In this document: positions 1-13,470 of the stretch, piece by piece
Layout: each line of letters starts with the position of its first letter
How positions within the stretch are numbered: position 1 is the first letter of the stretch
From: Octopus sinensis
Lineage: Eukaryota
Direction: 5' to 3'
Length of the DNA: 64,000 nt
NCBI RefSeq assembly: GCF_006345805.1
Contig: NC_043011.1
Span: 64,058,464 to 64,122,463 of the forward strand
Notes under the pieces: generated by a model
Seen by the model: the letters and a program-made list of their open reading frames with translations, nothing else
Databases searched by the model: none
What the model was told of the DNA's origin: nothing
Translations under genes and position numbers: made by a program

Positions 1-288
1 TTGTTCTGCTTTAATTGTTTCAGTCGCGGGACTGTGGCTACGGTAAATCCTTGAAGGAATTTCGTGGAAGGAAACGAAAGCACAGGTGTTTCTTGTTATT
101 GTAAATCCTGCCACTTATGTTATGCCTCGTGTGGAAATCGAGAAGTTATGGACACATTAGAAATAAAAATAGAACTTGTCAAGCGGCCAGAGGAGTCAAA
201 AACATAACTTCAAAATGGAATGTAAATAAATGTAAATAATTATAACTGTTTATTGGCCTGCATCCTGTTACTCTCTAATAATTGCAAA

Positions 289-298
289 CATCTGCCAC
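289..298 (+). promoter_or_regulatory. CATCTG E-box upstream of paralog A (CATCTGCCAC)
   Basis: 81 nt upstream of ATG; present at the equivalent position in all five paralogs. Confidence 0.6.
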
Positions 299-369
299 TT
301 GTAATTTCGTCGTGAAATTTGTCAATATACCTTTAGCAGAAGACGTTAAGATTTTGCTGAAAACCGAGA

Positions 370-406
370 ATGATAACGTATGTTTTAATTTCCTTTCTCA
401 TTATTT
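370..406 (+). CDS. Secreted Cys-rich family paralog A, exon 1 (signal peptide MITYVLISFLII)
   Basis: ATG at 370, 37 nt, GTAAGT donor at 407, phase 1; same length and phase as exon 1 of B, C and E. Confidence 0.75.
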
Positions 407-748
407 GTAAGTATCTACATATTATATTTCTTCTTTTATATATAAATTCGTGTAGACGTCAGCAAGTGTAATTATATGTTATCTAAATAGACATATTTTT
501 ATTTCAACAACTAAGGGCTGTTTAATGACCAGTCACACCTATTTTTACACCTTAGCGACGTAATGTTGAAGAATTGAAAAGTATGAATAGATGCGATATA
601 GAATAGCGCAGTGTGAACATTAACACGTAACAAAAATGCTAGGGCAAGATATTTATAAAAGCCAAATATGGCAATTTGCTTATGTAATCATTTATAAAAT
701 CTGAAACATATTTATTCATATGTGGGAATAATTCGACATGCGTCTGTA

Positions 749-1320
749 TATTGTGTTGTCTGGAAATTTCGCACCGATTTTTAAAAGAAAGAAAACAGGT
801 CAATAAATATTTCCCATTACATTTTTAATCAGCCAAGTATGAACCATCTTGTTGCACAATGCGTGTCCATCTTTCCTTTAACTTGTAAATACCCTCTTCC
901 CAGAAATAAGGTGGTTTCATGGCAAAGAATTCATCAAAGATATCTTTTTACGTCATTCAAGGAATTGAAATTTTTACCATTAAGACTATTCTGCAGAGAC
1001 TTGAATAAGTGGAAATCCAAAGGAATAATAATATCTGGTGAATATGGAGTGTGGGGTAACACATACGAACCAGGCTGCTGCAATTTTTGTCTGGTTCCCA
1101 AAGCATCAAGTGCCGAAAAGGAAGTTTCTTATCGTCCATTTTTAAGGGTTACAGAATTAATACAATTTATAGGAACATAAACTTTTCACGAAAATATAGC
1201 TTAATCTGTGCTCTATTTGGAGGTGTAGTCAAATCCTATTTTATGGACTCAACCATGTTCTAAAATAAATCAAAAGGTAAGTAACTATAAATCGGTATGA
1301 ACTTTCCGGACAACCCAATA
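749..1320 (-). mobile_element. Internally deleted mariner with both TIRs
   Basis: TIRs TATTGTGTTGTCTGGAAATTTC / GAACTTTCCGGACAACCCAATA; minus strand encodes decayed PYSPD..DFHLFKSLQNSL...GIYKLKERW. Confidence 0.8.
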
Positions 1321-1633
1321 TTTTGTCTAGCCATTGCGATAATAACAATATATGCATGTTTCTGAACGAAGCATCAGTCGAGTATAGAACGGGAGTAACA
1401 GAATTAGTTGACAAAAAAAAAAATAAAAGATTATCTTATGAATTTCATTAGGTTTCACATGCTTCTGTTATCAGATGCGGCGGACTCATTGTTAAGTAAC
1501 TGGGAAACACCTTATAGTTTCATCGGAGACTCAAATATGAAGTGCGGAAGTTATAGAATGTTACTGAGGTACTTTGCTAATTTATAGCAGAAAAATTTAC
1601 GAACTAATTAAGTTTATTCCTGTCATATCATTT

Positions 1634-1768
<135 letters not shown>

Positions 1769-3322
1769 CATGTGTGTGTGTGTATAGTTGAAATTTGTAG
1801 AAAAAAGACGAAGATATACGAGGGGGTACTGAAAGGACCTGGAATTATACGTTATTGAGGAGATATTTCTCCACAATAAAATATATTAAACCAGCGTAAC
1901 TTGGATAAAAATATCGCTACAAGAGATTTAAATGTTTTCATAGAGACATTATATATATATAATATACAGAAAATTGGTACACCTGGAAAACGATGATATT
2001 TAGTCAAAACCGTATTCTATAAACTCAGCTTGTTCAAGTGTTCTAAAAGATAGTAAAGTTTTCAAGAACTCAAATGTCAGTTAAATAGAATTGAAATCTG
2101 ATGATTATTCAAAGAACGAAAGCGCTAATGTAACTTTATCAGCATTATATATAATAATATGAGGGAGTCTAATGCCAGGCTTACAAGGAAAAAATATCTG
2201 TATAATTTAAGAGTTAGTTATGTAAGACTATATATTACTTAATTGTTAGGTGGTCTATTTATTACGTAGTATTACATTTATGTAAATAAGTTTAATATTA
2301 ATTAATTCTTTGGTCAACTATATAATTGAGTAAAATAATAAATCTATAGATACTGCATACATATTAATTATATATTTAGTTTATATAATAGGTGTGTATA
2401 TAATTGAACCATTTCCTATTTTTAATTCTAATATATATAGATTGTATTAGCATTATCTACATTGCTTAACATTAAGATTGTTAATATAAACTAATTAATG
2501 AGTATAAAATTATATTTAGATGTTGATTAAATATATAAATAATTTAATTTAATGTATATAGATTAAATTACAGTATTTAGTTTTCACTTAATGTATTTTT
2601 GTATTTTATATATATACAAACACATTTTATTTCCTAATAATAATGATATATTATAGTTTATCATTTTTTTCTTATATATGATAAACTTTTATATTCATAG
2701 ATATAATAAATATATATAACTTATTATTTTTTTATTGACACAAGAATATATTTGTTAACATATTTCCTATTTTACAAGATTATATACTTATATTCATTAA
2801 TTTATCTAATTAATTATTTAATTGTTTTTTATCATTAACCTGACGAGTGACTATATTTATATTGAAAGGATATTATTATCATTTCTTATATATAGCCACG
2901 AAACAAATGTAGTTATTGTAACGAATATATACGTTTTATGTATTATTTTGCACATTACTTAATCATTGATGCATGTTTTTCCTTATATTTAATATTTCTA
3001 TAAGATGTAACTCTTCTAAATGGTATAATTTATTTTTTTCAGTATTGAATTGAGAAAAGGTATTTTTTAAAATTATATATATAAAAATATATATATATAT
3101 ATACACACACACTTACACATACGCACATATATATATATAAGGCTCCATAGATAAATTGATAGATAGATACATAAAAATATTTAGATTACATTTCCACATT
3201 AAATATATTCCGAGATAATGAAGATATTTACTAAGTGAGGGCTTTAAATATTATCCATGGGATAACATAACCTGTTCTCATATACTCCTGTATCTTTCAT
3301 TATCCAATATTCAAAATTTCAG

Positions 3323-3422
3323 GTGTGGACTCATACGAAATATGTCCCGAAGCGGGGAGAAGACGTTGCGATTTACCTATTTATTATTTTCACAATACCA
3401 AGTGGGACCCTCATTTTTGCAG
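3323..3422 (+). CDS. Paralog A exon 2 (C-VDSYEICPEAGRRRCDLPIYYFHNTKWDPHFC-R)
   Basis: tttcag acceptor, 100 nt open in phase 1->2, donor gtatat; WDPHFCR end shared with paralog B. Confidence 0.85.
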
Positions 3423-3562
3423 GTATATATTACTGTTACCCTTTAGGATTAGGGAGACGTAAATTTAAATAGCTATTTATTGACACAGATTCATAATCTT
3501 AATATTTGTGTGTCTGTCTGTCTGTCAGTCAATCTTTCTGTTTTATGTGATTCTGTATTACG

Positions 3563-3942
3563 GAGGCGCAATGGCCCAGTTGTTAGGGCAGCAGACTCGC
3601 GGTCATAGGATCGTGGTTTCGATTCCCAGACCGGACTTTGTGAGTGTTTATTGAGTGAAAGCAGCTAAAACTTCACGAGGCTTCGGCAGTGGGTGGTAGA
3701 GAAACATGATGTACCTTTACAAGTCAAATTTGTATCACCTTGCCTTCTTGTTTCTTTTGTGCCTGTAATTCAAATGTGCCAGCCTTGTCACATTCCGTGT
3801 CATGCTGAATATCCCCGAGAACTACGTTAAGTGTACACGTGTCAGCGAAATGCTCGGCCAGAAGCACGTTAATTTCACGAGCAGTTTTTTCCGTTAATTG
3901 GATAACATTGAAGCACTCGTCATCGTAAGCGACGGAGTGCCA
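3563..3942 (+). mobile_element. tRNA-derived SINE (GAGGCGCAATGG head, ...GACGGAGTGCCA tail)
   Basis: Pol III A/B-box-like head; head recurs at 32700-33063 and 50328. Confidence 0.8.
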
Positions 3943-4117
3943 ATGACGAAATATCATTTACACACACACGCACGCACACATACGTGCGCGCAAACATATG
4001 AATATATATCTTTTATCCATCATATTTTTCGCTCATTTCCCTGCGGCGAAGCTGGAGCGCCGTCTTCAAGTTATTTACACGAACAATTCGACCTTAGAGC
4101 TTAAATTTTGCCACACT

Positions 4118-4235
4118 CAGTATTTATTTTATCCGTCTCTTTTACCGAACCGCTATGATACGATAACGTAAATGAAACAAAATTGTTTATCAGCCTGTTT
4201 TGGGGATAAATACAGGCACAAAGACACACGCAAAC
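4118..4235 (-). mobile_element. SINE 3' fragment (family of 9212)
   Basis: Reverse complement resembles the 9500-9570 segment. Confidence 0.45.
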
Positions 4236-4437
4236 ACTGACATATATATGTGTGTATGTATACATACATATATATATAGAGAGAGGGAAACAACAACGCG
4301 AAATTATCCACCTATGTCGAGGTGATGTTTTGAATGAAAGTTTGAAACAATATATATATAGTGATCGAGTTTTGTGAACAGCACGTAAAGTGAAACACTT
4401 AGAAGCGAACAAACCAGAATATTCCGTTTACACCGAA

Positions 4438-4451
4438 TAACAATAATAATG

Positions 4452-4524
<73 letters not shown>

Positions 4525-4536
4525 TAATCATAATAA
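4438..4536. repeat. (AAT)n microsatellite
   Basis: Direct. Confidence 0.95.
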
Positions 4537-4537
4537 A

Positions 4538-5035
4538 AGTTTCACTCCTTAGATATGGAGCAAGGTAATCGCATGGACAGTAGACGAACTAAAGAACTTA
4601 AGCAGCAAGACAAGGAAGATGCTAATTAGATATGAGATACTCCAACCAAAATGTGACACAGACAGATTGTACGTATCAAGAAAGGGGGAACAAGACTGAT
4701 TGGATGCGAACGCTGCCCCAGCGCAGAGGAAAACAACATAGCATTGTATGTAAAAAATACCACAGAGCCACTATTATTGGATTGTTTTGGATCTTAGACT
4801 CGAAAGATAAAGCACAGTTCAAGCACTTGAGAAAGAAGGAAATTGAAAATGGGTGGATGAATAAAAGAATGCATGGATCATTTCATAGGGATGTTGAAGA
4901 TAAGACAGATGAAAAATTGCCTATATTTGACTAAAAGTGATTTAAAAATGGAAACGGAGGCTCTAATCTGTGCTGTCCAGGAGCTAGTTCTAAGAATGAA
5001 TAACATCAAATACAGAATCGACAACACATCAGAAA
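4538..5035 (+). mobile_element. R4/Dong-type non-LTR retrotransposon fragment
   Basis: Frameshifted translation WTVDELKNLSSKTRKML..DRLYVSRKGG..WMNKRMHGSF..LKMETEALICAVQE; flanked by AAT-type repeats. Confidence 0.7.
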
Positions 5036-5071
5036 GATTATTATTATCATTACTGTTATAATCATCATCAC

Positions 5072-5131
<60 letters not shown>

Positions 5132-5135
5132 AATA

Positions 5136-5185
<50 letters not shown>

Positions 5186-5240
5186 GTAATAACAATAATA
5201 ATAATAATAATAATTATTATTATTATTATTATTATTATTA

Positions 5241-5290
<50 letters not shown>

Positions 5291-5362
5291 GTTGTTGTTG
5301 TTTTTGTTATTATTATTATTATCATCATCATTATTATTATTATTATTATTATCATCATTATT
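5036..5362. repeat. Compound (ATC)n-(AAT)n-(TTA)n microsatellite
   Basis: Direct. Confidence 0.95.
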
Positions 5363-5949
5363 TTGTCTTATGCCCATTGCCTGTGACCCCTTCAGTGACT
5401 TTCTTCGTACGTGTCACTTCTTATGTTTATTCCAGAATGGGATAAAATGAGGATTAAGTATATTTACTCAACAGAGCTGTAGCCAACACGTGGGATAGAA
5501 GAGTCACTAAAGAAATCAGAGGTGTACGATAAAAGATTTCCAGACAATAGAAATAAGATTAAATAATAAAAATAATAAAGGAGATGGCCATCTTGAAATA
5601 TAGCAATAAGAAAATAAATAGAATTTTGTGAATAATAGTTTGAACTTTTTATCTTAAAAAGCAGGAATGCGCCTTTATTAACATTTTTTGTTTTTAAATT
5701 CAAACTTCATTAGCAATATTCTTGCTCTTTTGCACCTTATCTTGTAACTTGCCACGCTTTTTCTGCATGTTTCGATGTTCAATATTTAAGAATATTCAAT
5801 CGCTCTTCATTGCATCCTTCAGTCTAGAGAACGCTTTTCTTATTATAATTAATTGTATTTAGATTTATATTTGTCAATACTATATTCGCATAACACAAAG
5901 AAATTTTTAAAGAAAGACTATTTGCTTAAATTTAAAATAATCGCAAAGA

Positions 5950-6440
5950 AACGCAAAAAGGATAAAGAAAATGTAATTAGAAACGTGCACACGCTGTTTG
6001 ATGAACGATTTCAGAATTCTGTTTTGATTCTAATTTCGAAAATTCCTTCGGCTTCTTTTTCTCGACTTGTCTCCGGTAGTGAGTCACATATCTGATAATT
6101 ATCTTACTGACAATCAATTTGTGCCAGCCAAATAAAAAGCAGTAAAAGAATTGCAATCTTTGATAAATATTTCAGATGGTTTTCCTCTGAAGTTGATAAA
6201 GCATTTTTACATCTTTACCATTTCTTCCTAATTTGAAACATTCGGTAATAATGAAGAAATTGAATGTTCCTTTAGTCTTAGAAAGCAACATCGACAATTT
6301 TTAACCACACTTTTCCCTTTCATATAAATTCTCCAGAAGATTAGACGCCTTGAATGCATTTGATAACTACTGACCAAATTATCATGATTGAGTCTAGATA
6401 TTAAACTTAGCAAACTGAATATAATATATTATTTATTTCC
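5950..6440 (-). mobile_element. Decayed hAT-type transposase C-terminus
   Basis: Fragmentary LPET..AE..FSKL..IKT resembles the hAT dimerisation domain; heavily frameshifted. Confidence 0.35.
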
Positions 6441-7099
6441 CGCACGGGTGGAGGTTCAACAATATGGAGAAAGTTGAGAAGGGAACAGGGATTTCTCTAA
6501 ACAAGGCAAATATGGATGAGCGTGGAATTGAGATTCGGACTCATCTATCGCGAAAGACAGTATAAAATGATGCGATAAATTCTGATGACTAAATGCTTTA
6601 CGAATGAAAATATTTGGAACTAGAAATTAAAGCTTAAAATAATTTCCACTCAAACTATTATTATCTAAATTCGGAAGGTAAGTATTACACATTGATTTTA
6701 AAATAACGTCCCAATATTAAAGTGTATCTCGTATCGAATAATGTTTTTGCAATAATTAAATTACATACAAGTCGAAGGATTTGTGCAACCTGATTTTAAG
6801 ATGTGTATATATGTGTGTGTGTGTGTGTGTGTTTACATATGTATGTAGGTCTTTCTGTTTGTATAAGTTTAACTTCCGTTGTGAAGGGGTTGAATAATCC
6901 CCTGTCATAAGAATGAAGCGTCTGTTTATCCCTGATACAAATAACCACAAAGGACCTACTTTTAAGCAAACACAACGCAAATACGAGAAGCTTCTACTAT
7001 AGAGATATGTTATGTAAAATGTAATTCCTAAATTCTAAGTTTCAAGAAAATTAAAATGTGAATTGTTTCAACATATCCTGAACAACGATTATCATTCAG

Positions 7100-7188
7100 G
7101 GAATTCCAAAAGAAATCTGCCTGCCTTATTGGAATAATGAAAGTATGTGATGATTTCTTCAGAGCCTACTATTACCAGAAGTGTGTGG
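7100..7188 (+). CDS. Paralog A exon 3, with +1 frameshift (EFQKKSACLIGIMKVCDDFFRAY[+1]INQKCV)
   Basis: cattcag acceptor, gtaaga donor; 89 nt versus 88 in B and C; extra base near 7170 gives TAA at 7173-7175. Confidence 0.8.
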
Positions 7189-7283
7189 TAAGATATCTTT
7201 CTTATTAAGGTCTATTTGATTCCGTAGAGTGCTGCAGAATTTAGACTATACCCTAAGTGCTTTTGTGTGTGTGTATATATATG

Positions 7284-7318
<35 letters not shown>

Positions 7319-7489
7319 AAATAAGAAAATGGAGAAATACATCTAAATCAAATATCAATTACCAGATAATACTCAATCACATACTTTATTAAACCACCAC
7401 ATAAGAAACTATAGGGTTAAACATAAAAAAGTAGAACAAAACAGCGTACATAAAGGAGTGTACATAAAAAGTGTACATAAAAGTGTACA

Positions 7490-7630
7490 TATATGTGTGT
7501 GTTCCTTTCTGTGGAAGAGCGTATGCTCGAAACGTTAAATACATTTTTACTTCCCGAGCGCGTTATACTAATACATATTTTTGATGTCAATACCACCTGT
7601 CTTCATCTTTTTTTTTTTGTGAATTCTCCG
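7490..7630 (+). mobile_element. PLE pseudo-LTR-like fragment with hammerhead-like motif (7506-7539)
   Basis: ttt-CTGTGGAA-GAGC gtat GCTC-GAAACGT-T-aaa. Confidence 0.4.
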
Positions 7631-9211
7631 TAGTCTATTAAAATAAACAGTGTAAACTGAAAAATAAAAATAAAACAAACAGACGCGAGGTCTTAGCGCA
7701 CGCAAAGCATTGATATGACGCTCGGTGAAAGAAGAGAGTTTTACATTTCGAGTATTCGAGCATAGGTTTATGCCGGAAACGGGAAAACATGAAAGTCCAA
7801 TGAGAAACAAATAAGGGGCAAATAACTCAGACATTCCACGTGCAGTTACATTACGCATATGTATGTATCTATATATGTATCTATGCAGTTAGGTATGTAG
7901 GTACGTATGTATATCCGTACGTATACATATGTATGTGTGAGTATTTATAGATTGCTGGAAAGAAACTTCTGTCGCATTACATAATGTGAAAAAGACAAAT
8001 GCTTCTTCTGTCTTAACTGATAGAAAATATTTCCCAAGATAATCTCAATCAAGAGAAATGTTTCCCGAGCGAAACAGGTCACACAAGTGTTGGCATATCC
8101 GGACACTTAACAACGAATATTTCTTGCCGTTTCTATTCCTGTAAAGTAACTTTTGAATTCGGAAAGCATACAATATCTCACGTAGGTTTAAGTCAATATC
8201 ATTTTAAAATAGCGAAATCCGTACGAATTTTACCATTACGGCGCAAAGTAAGCAACAAGGATGGAAAAAAGCTTGAATGTAAAAATTAATGCGCATTACA
8301 CTAAAGTATCGAAAAATTGCTCTTAAATTTATAAAGTTAAGTAAAGATCAGGTTTTTGGTTCCAACAGATACTCATATGAAATTAACCACAGAAACTCAC
8401 TAACAAACACTCATTCATACTTACATACATACTAGCTCCTCCTGACACGGTTGTCTAAGAAGTCATATGCTATTAAAAGGGCCTCATCCATTTCCTAGAA
8501 GAGTAGATACACTGATATTTATAAAATGTATTATAGACTCATTTCATCCACTTTTATCCAATCTCATTCACGCATGAATGTTAAGGGAAAAACCAAATCC
8601 AAGCCAAAGACATAAATGCTATCCGTCAATTAAGGTGAAGGATCTCCCTTAGGGGATTTGAAGAAGCGTCACTTCTAGTCTATGGGCGTTGTGAAAATCC
8701 GGACGAAAAAATCCCGCACGAATATTTCAGAGACAAATTTCATCATTTATGTCCCTTGCACAAATATCAGGCTCATTTCACGCCGCAAGAGGGAAGTGTA
8801 GATATGAACTAAAGTTTAGATGAAAGCAGTCAGTTATTGGTTTATGTTCAAGGGAAGGGGGCAGGCAATGTAGTTAAGCTGAACATGTATGTGTGTGTGT
8901 GTGTGTTTATTTATAAATCTGGCATGCCAAACATGTTCCAGAACGTAAAGCTACCTCTGGTTGAAAGTATAGATGATAAAAGCCCTATTGAAGTAAGGCT
9001 ATCCCATGGAGGTTATTTTCCTAAATCCGGCACTGAAGGGATCATCTCTCCCACCTCTATCCCATTCCCATTTCGCTTCCTTGCTAGCTGGTTGTATCTT
9101 GACGTTAGCTTTGTCTCATTTAATTATCTCCGTTTGCCACTAGCCTCTGTTGTGATATTGAATCAATTCGCTTGATCCAAGTCAATCCTTTGTTGAAACA
9201 CAATTTTCCTA

Positions 9212-9378
9212 GGCGCAGGAGTGGCTGTGTGGTAAGTAGCTTGCCTACCAGCCTCATGCTTCTGGATTCAGTCCCATTGCGTGGCACTTTAGGCTTGTGT
9301 CTTCTACTATAGCCTCGGGCCGACTAAAGCATTGTGAGTGGATTTGGTAGACGGAAACTGATAGAAGCTCGTCGTATA

Positions 9379-9457
<79 letters not shown>

Positions 9458-9609
9458 ATGTTTTGTGAGTCTGTTTTAATCACCCTAACATCGCTTGACA
9501 TCCGATGCTGGTGTGTGTACGTCCACACAACGGTTCGGCAAAAGGGACCGATAGAATATGTACTAGGCTTACAAAGAATAAGTCCTGGGGTCGATTTGCT
9601 CGCCTAAAG
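9212..9609 (+). mobile_element. tRNA-derived SINE with internal (TA)n
   Basis: GGCGCAGGAGTGGCTGTGTGGTAAG head, B-box-like GGATTCAGTCCC; related copy at 58690-58950. Confidence 0.8.
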
Positions 9610-12600
9610 ATACCTTTCTCCTGAAACCTAATCAAAATGTAGGTGGTAGCGATATCCAACCCATTATATCAGAAATTCCTCGAATATTCCAGCTAAAAAT
9701 CGGAACGCGTTACTTCCCTACCAACCGCAGATAGTCTGCATACCAGCCGTCCATATGATGGGTTAGTATTTAGTATTCTGTAACTGATAGGTTCGAATGC
9801 TATTGGTGAAGCCAGATCGGTTGTTCAATAATACACTCTCACACGAACACACACGTACACACGCACAGACATACATATATATCCGTGACGCTCAAATATA
9901 ACTTCATCGTCGCTCCAGATATTGATTCACACCACCTCACCTTGACTTCTGGAGAAAGCAAATATGTAGGAGTGATATGCGTGCGTTCTAAAGAATAGAT
10001 GAGTTTCGTTTGGAGCAGAAGATGTGTGGGCGTGTCTGTGTATGCGTGTGTGAGTGTGTCCATGTCTGCGTCTGTGTGCGTTGATGCTATACCTATCTCA
10101 ATACATAATTCTTTGCTTTCAGTTTTATAATTTTCGGGAAAGTTCAACCACTCGATGTACGGTAAGTAATACATTAACAACGCATTCAATATCACTGAAG
10201 CCCCAGCATGGTGTTCCTTCAATAAGATATCCTTAACACTCTCAACGTTTAATAACAACATAAATGAAATTACACTGAAATTACCAGTCATTTTCCTGAT
10301 ATTAACCCATTATTATGTTACAGTAATTGTAAATCTTTAGACATTCAATTGTTCAAATCCCTATGACACGTCCCATTCTCGCAAATAAACACTCCAAATA
10401 CACTTGATCTTCTGATCATAACATATTAAATCTCAATCTAACTTATGCCACATCATAATCTTTTCTGCAATTGTGAAGTCTTCTCACCATTACCTTATAA
10501 TATCTGCTAACTATACAGCCACATTCATTCTCTATCATCCGTTTTCATGTTGAAATTAAACATGATCGGGATTCCGCCTATTTTATGCCATAGCATTAAA
10601 ACGTACGTCATTATTATTCCTTCAGAAGCAGCTGAAAGGAGTATTTTAACCTAGGAATATTCCTTCAATTGCATAAATTAATGAAAATCCAGTACCAACA
10701 AAAACCCCATTTGTTTACTCAAGTCGCATTATATCCCTTCGCGCGTAATTTAATTCCTACAACATGTGCATAGTTTCAAACATTCCCTCAAATTTGCTGG
10801 GTTCACCCCGCAGCTATTTCCTGTAAGACCGCTAGCTTACAACAAAAGGTACATTTGTATATCACACTGCTCTGCAAGATTTTCGAGTCACAAGCTTTAG
10901 ACTACACCCTTGGTCCCTTGTCCCGAAACGTCACCATCACCTGTGCGGTATCATCTTCTAATCCACTTTAAAGTAATTAATATCCCATGGCGTAAGTTTC
11001 CATCAGCGCTTACCGATCGATGTAACTCCTCACGACATATATTTCGTCAAAGCCCATCAAAGTTCCCCCTTCTACCATAGGCCTCTTCTGGTTTCATGCA
11101 TATGCCTAATTGCTGAAACAATCTATCTGTTTGAAGCATATGGTACATTGTTCCTTACATTTCACTTTGTTACACAATATAATCACAGAACCTACAACAC
11201 GTTATAATACTAGAACAGGTTATAATACTCAGCAAATTATTTAGCCTCTCGTTCTATACTTGGATATGCTGTAAACTATGGATACTCCCCCCAGTATGTC
11301 CTATTTCAAAGGAAGGTAAGAACTCTGATTCACGAAACTATCGTTCCATTTCTCTCATTTCTAGCATCTTTCAGGTTATGGAAATATTAGAGACGGCTTT
11401 CTTCATGAGGCTGTATCTTTGTTTCTTTATTCAGTAATCTACAATATGGCTTTCCTGAAGGCACTTTCTCTAAAATCCAGCACATATGTTCTAGTAACCA
11501 GTGGATACAAAATTCAAACATTTTTGGCAATTGCCATATGCAAATGACACAAGCCTTCATTCTTTCTAAAGTGACTTGACTGTGTTTCGTGTAAACCCAA
11601 AACTAGACACCTGAAGCCAAATGATGATGAATTCCTTTGAACGTCCAAATAATGGAAAAAGAGAATCGCACCACACATCAAGGAAACAGCACCCAACGGC
11701 ATTACTTTTAAATATGATATTGAAGTAGAACTCTCATAATCTCTGTAAATGCTACTCCGAACAATCAGAGTAGATCACTCCTGCAAGAACATGTATGTTT
11801 CTTTACGACCAGAAGATTTTTAATCGTCTAAAAACTGCTGCCAGAGTTCAAAGCTCCAGTAAAGTAAACCAGAATATACTTCTTCCACATCTAGAAACGG
11901 TTCTATAACCGAACACGCTGGCAAACTCGACCATAACCGACGAAGGCAACAAATCTCGGCTGATCGCCACTACATCACAAATGCTGGTCACACACCATTG
12001 TGTAACTTATTTTTTTTCTGTATTGTTTCTGTTGCTACTACATTTGTTCTCGTTCTTCGCAACTGTTTTATTGCGTAATTCTACTACAGATGTACCCCTG
12101 TCCCACCGGAAGCTCCACCTCTCAGTATTTTGGCATGATGAACCATTCTAATCATTCACCAAAGAATATTCTCGATCGTTCATCTCTAGCACAATTTCCC
12201 CCTGGAATCGCTTCACTGTTCTAATCATTCCTACTTTTCATCTACCACAGCTGAATAAGGAAATACACTTGTTACTTCATACACATTCGTAGGATTTTCA
12301 AATTTCATGACATCAGTCTCTCCCTCCAGATTTGTAAAGTAAGCTCTATACTAACGTGCTAAATAAATGTCGTAATTACCATGCCCCCGGCAGCGTTACA
12401 CAATACAATAGGAATGGAATATCGTTCTTCCATTATTGCTGGAATGTTCGTGGAGAAGTGTCAGTAAAACTCCGCTACCATAAACAGCCTGCAATTAAAT
12501 TCCTGGCTGGATATCCAGCTGAGATTCTTGACATTGCTACATAATGCCGGCCCCCAGGTTTCCTGCAGGTTGGTTCACCGGGAACTATATGTGTTGCGAT

Positions 12601-13432
12601 CCTTTCCGACATCATTCTAACCATTGAATCCCATGATTTTTGATTTCGACATGAAGGTACGTAAATATCTCTACATACCGCTGTGAAGTTCTACTTGCGT
12701 GCATAATGCAATTTTGAAGATTTTCTAGATAGAAACAAAGTCTCATCCTTTGCTACAGTTATTCTCGTTCGAAACTTGCCTTGCAGAACTCGGCTGCAAA
12801 CCCATTCACTGCATGCTAGATATCACTTTCTGATAAGACACGTAGCACCACGACATCTGCAAACACAAACCGGCTGATTCTACCCTTAAAGATTGTGGTA
12901 CCACTTCCAGAACGGCTACGTGTGTCAGTCTAAGTTTTAAAAGTATGAGAAGTAGCGGTGGCAATACGGACAGCTGCCGACATTCATCACGCATACTGAA
13001 AACAAAACAATTGTGGTGCCACATAAATTGTGCGGAATCTCGTTGTTAGTCATCCCATCAATGTCTACGCACGGTATATGGAAAAGAGACGAGAGGAATT
13101 GGCAAGCGCAAGTGATCTAAAAAATGGGGTGGCATTAATGTAAAAATATACGAATTTCAAGAGAACCTATGCATTGACACAATTATAGAAAATCATTCTG
13201 ATTTGTTTATAAATTAAGCGTGGAACAATTTCGCTTATTCTCATAGCATTGGTGTAAAAAACACTGTAATAACAATTTAAAGCTGCCATAGACGAAGCTG
13301 CATCACTCTTTTATACTTGATAGAACAATGCTCATTGTGTCTTCATATGACACTAACAAGTCGTACTGAATTTTACATTAATTGTTCATCAACAAAGATT
13401 TTTGTGTAATGAGTGCTTTGTTTTCTTTACAG

Positions 13433-13470
13433 GTTGGGATGACATTACCATTGACGATGGCGGTTATTAG
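13433..13470 (+). CDS. Paralog A probable terminal coding exon (G-WDDITIDDGGY*)
   Basis: Strong acceptor ttgttttctttacag; 38 nt in phase 1 to TAG, same length as B terminal exon with [IV]TI aligned; AATAAA at 13493-13498. Intervening small exons not found. Confidence 0.65.

Noticed and set aside
839-1180. 113-aa plus-strand ORF and the AAG|gtaagt donor at 1277
   Set aside because: Antisense to, and inside, the mariner relic 749-1320.
3563-3640. tRNA-like sequences (also 9212, 33063, 50328, 56528)
   Set aside because: They are SINE heads followed by SINE bodies; no complete cloverleaf.
7228-7256. 29-nt candidate exon 4 for paralog A
   Set aside because: Would need a 39-nt intron; no homology to B exon 4.
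10123-10161. 39-nt exon candidate (FYNFRESSTTRCT) with good splice sites in paralog A
   Set aside because: Phase 0->0 does not link to the phase-1 terminal exon and it has no counterpart in other paralogs; unresolved.
10330-13060. Possible decayed LTR-retrotransposon gag/pol on the minus strand
   Set aside because: Coding-like composition, but no RT, RNase H or integrase motif could be read convincingly; needs a translated search.
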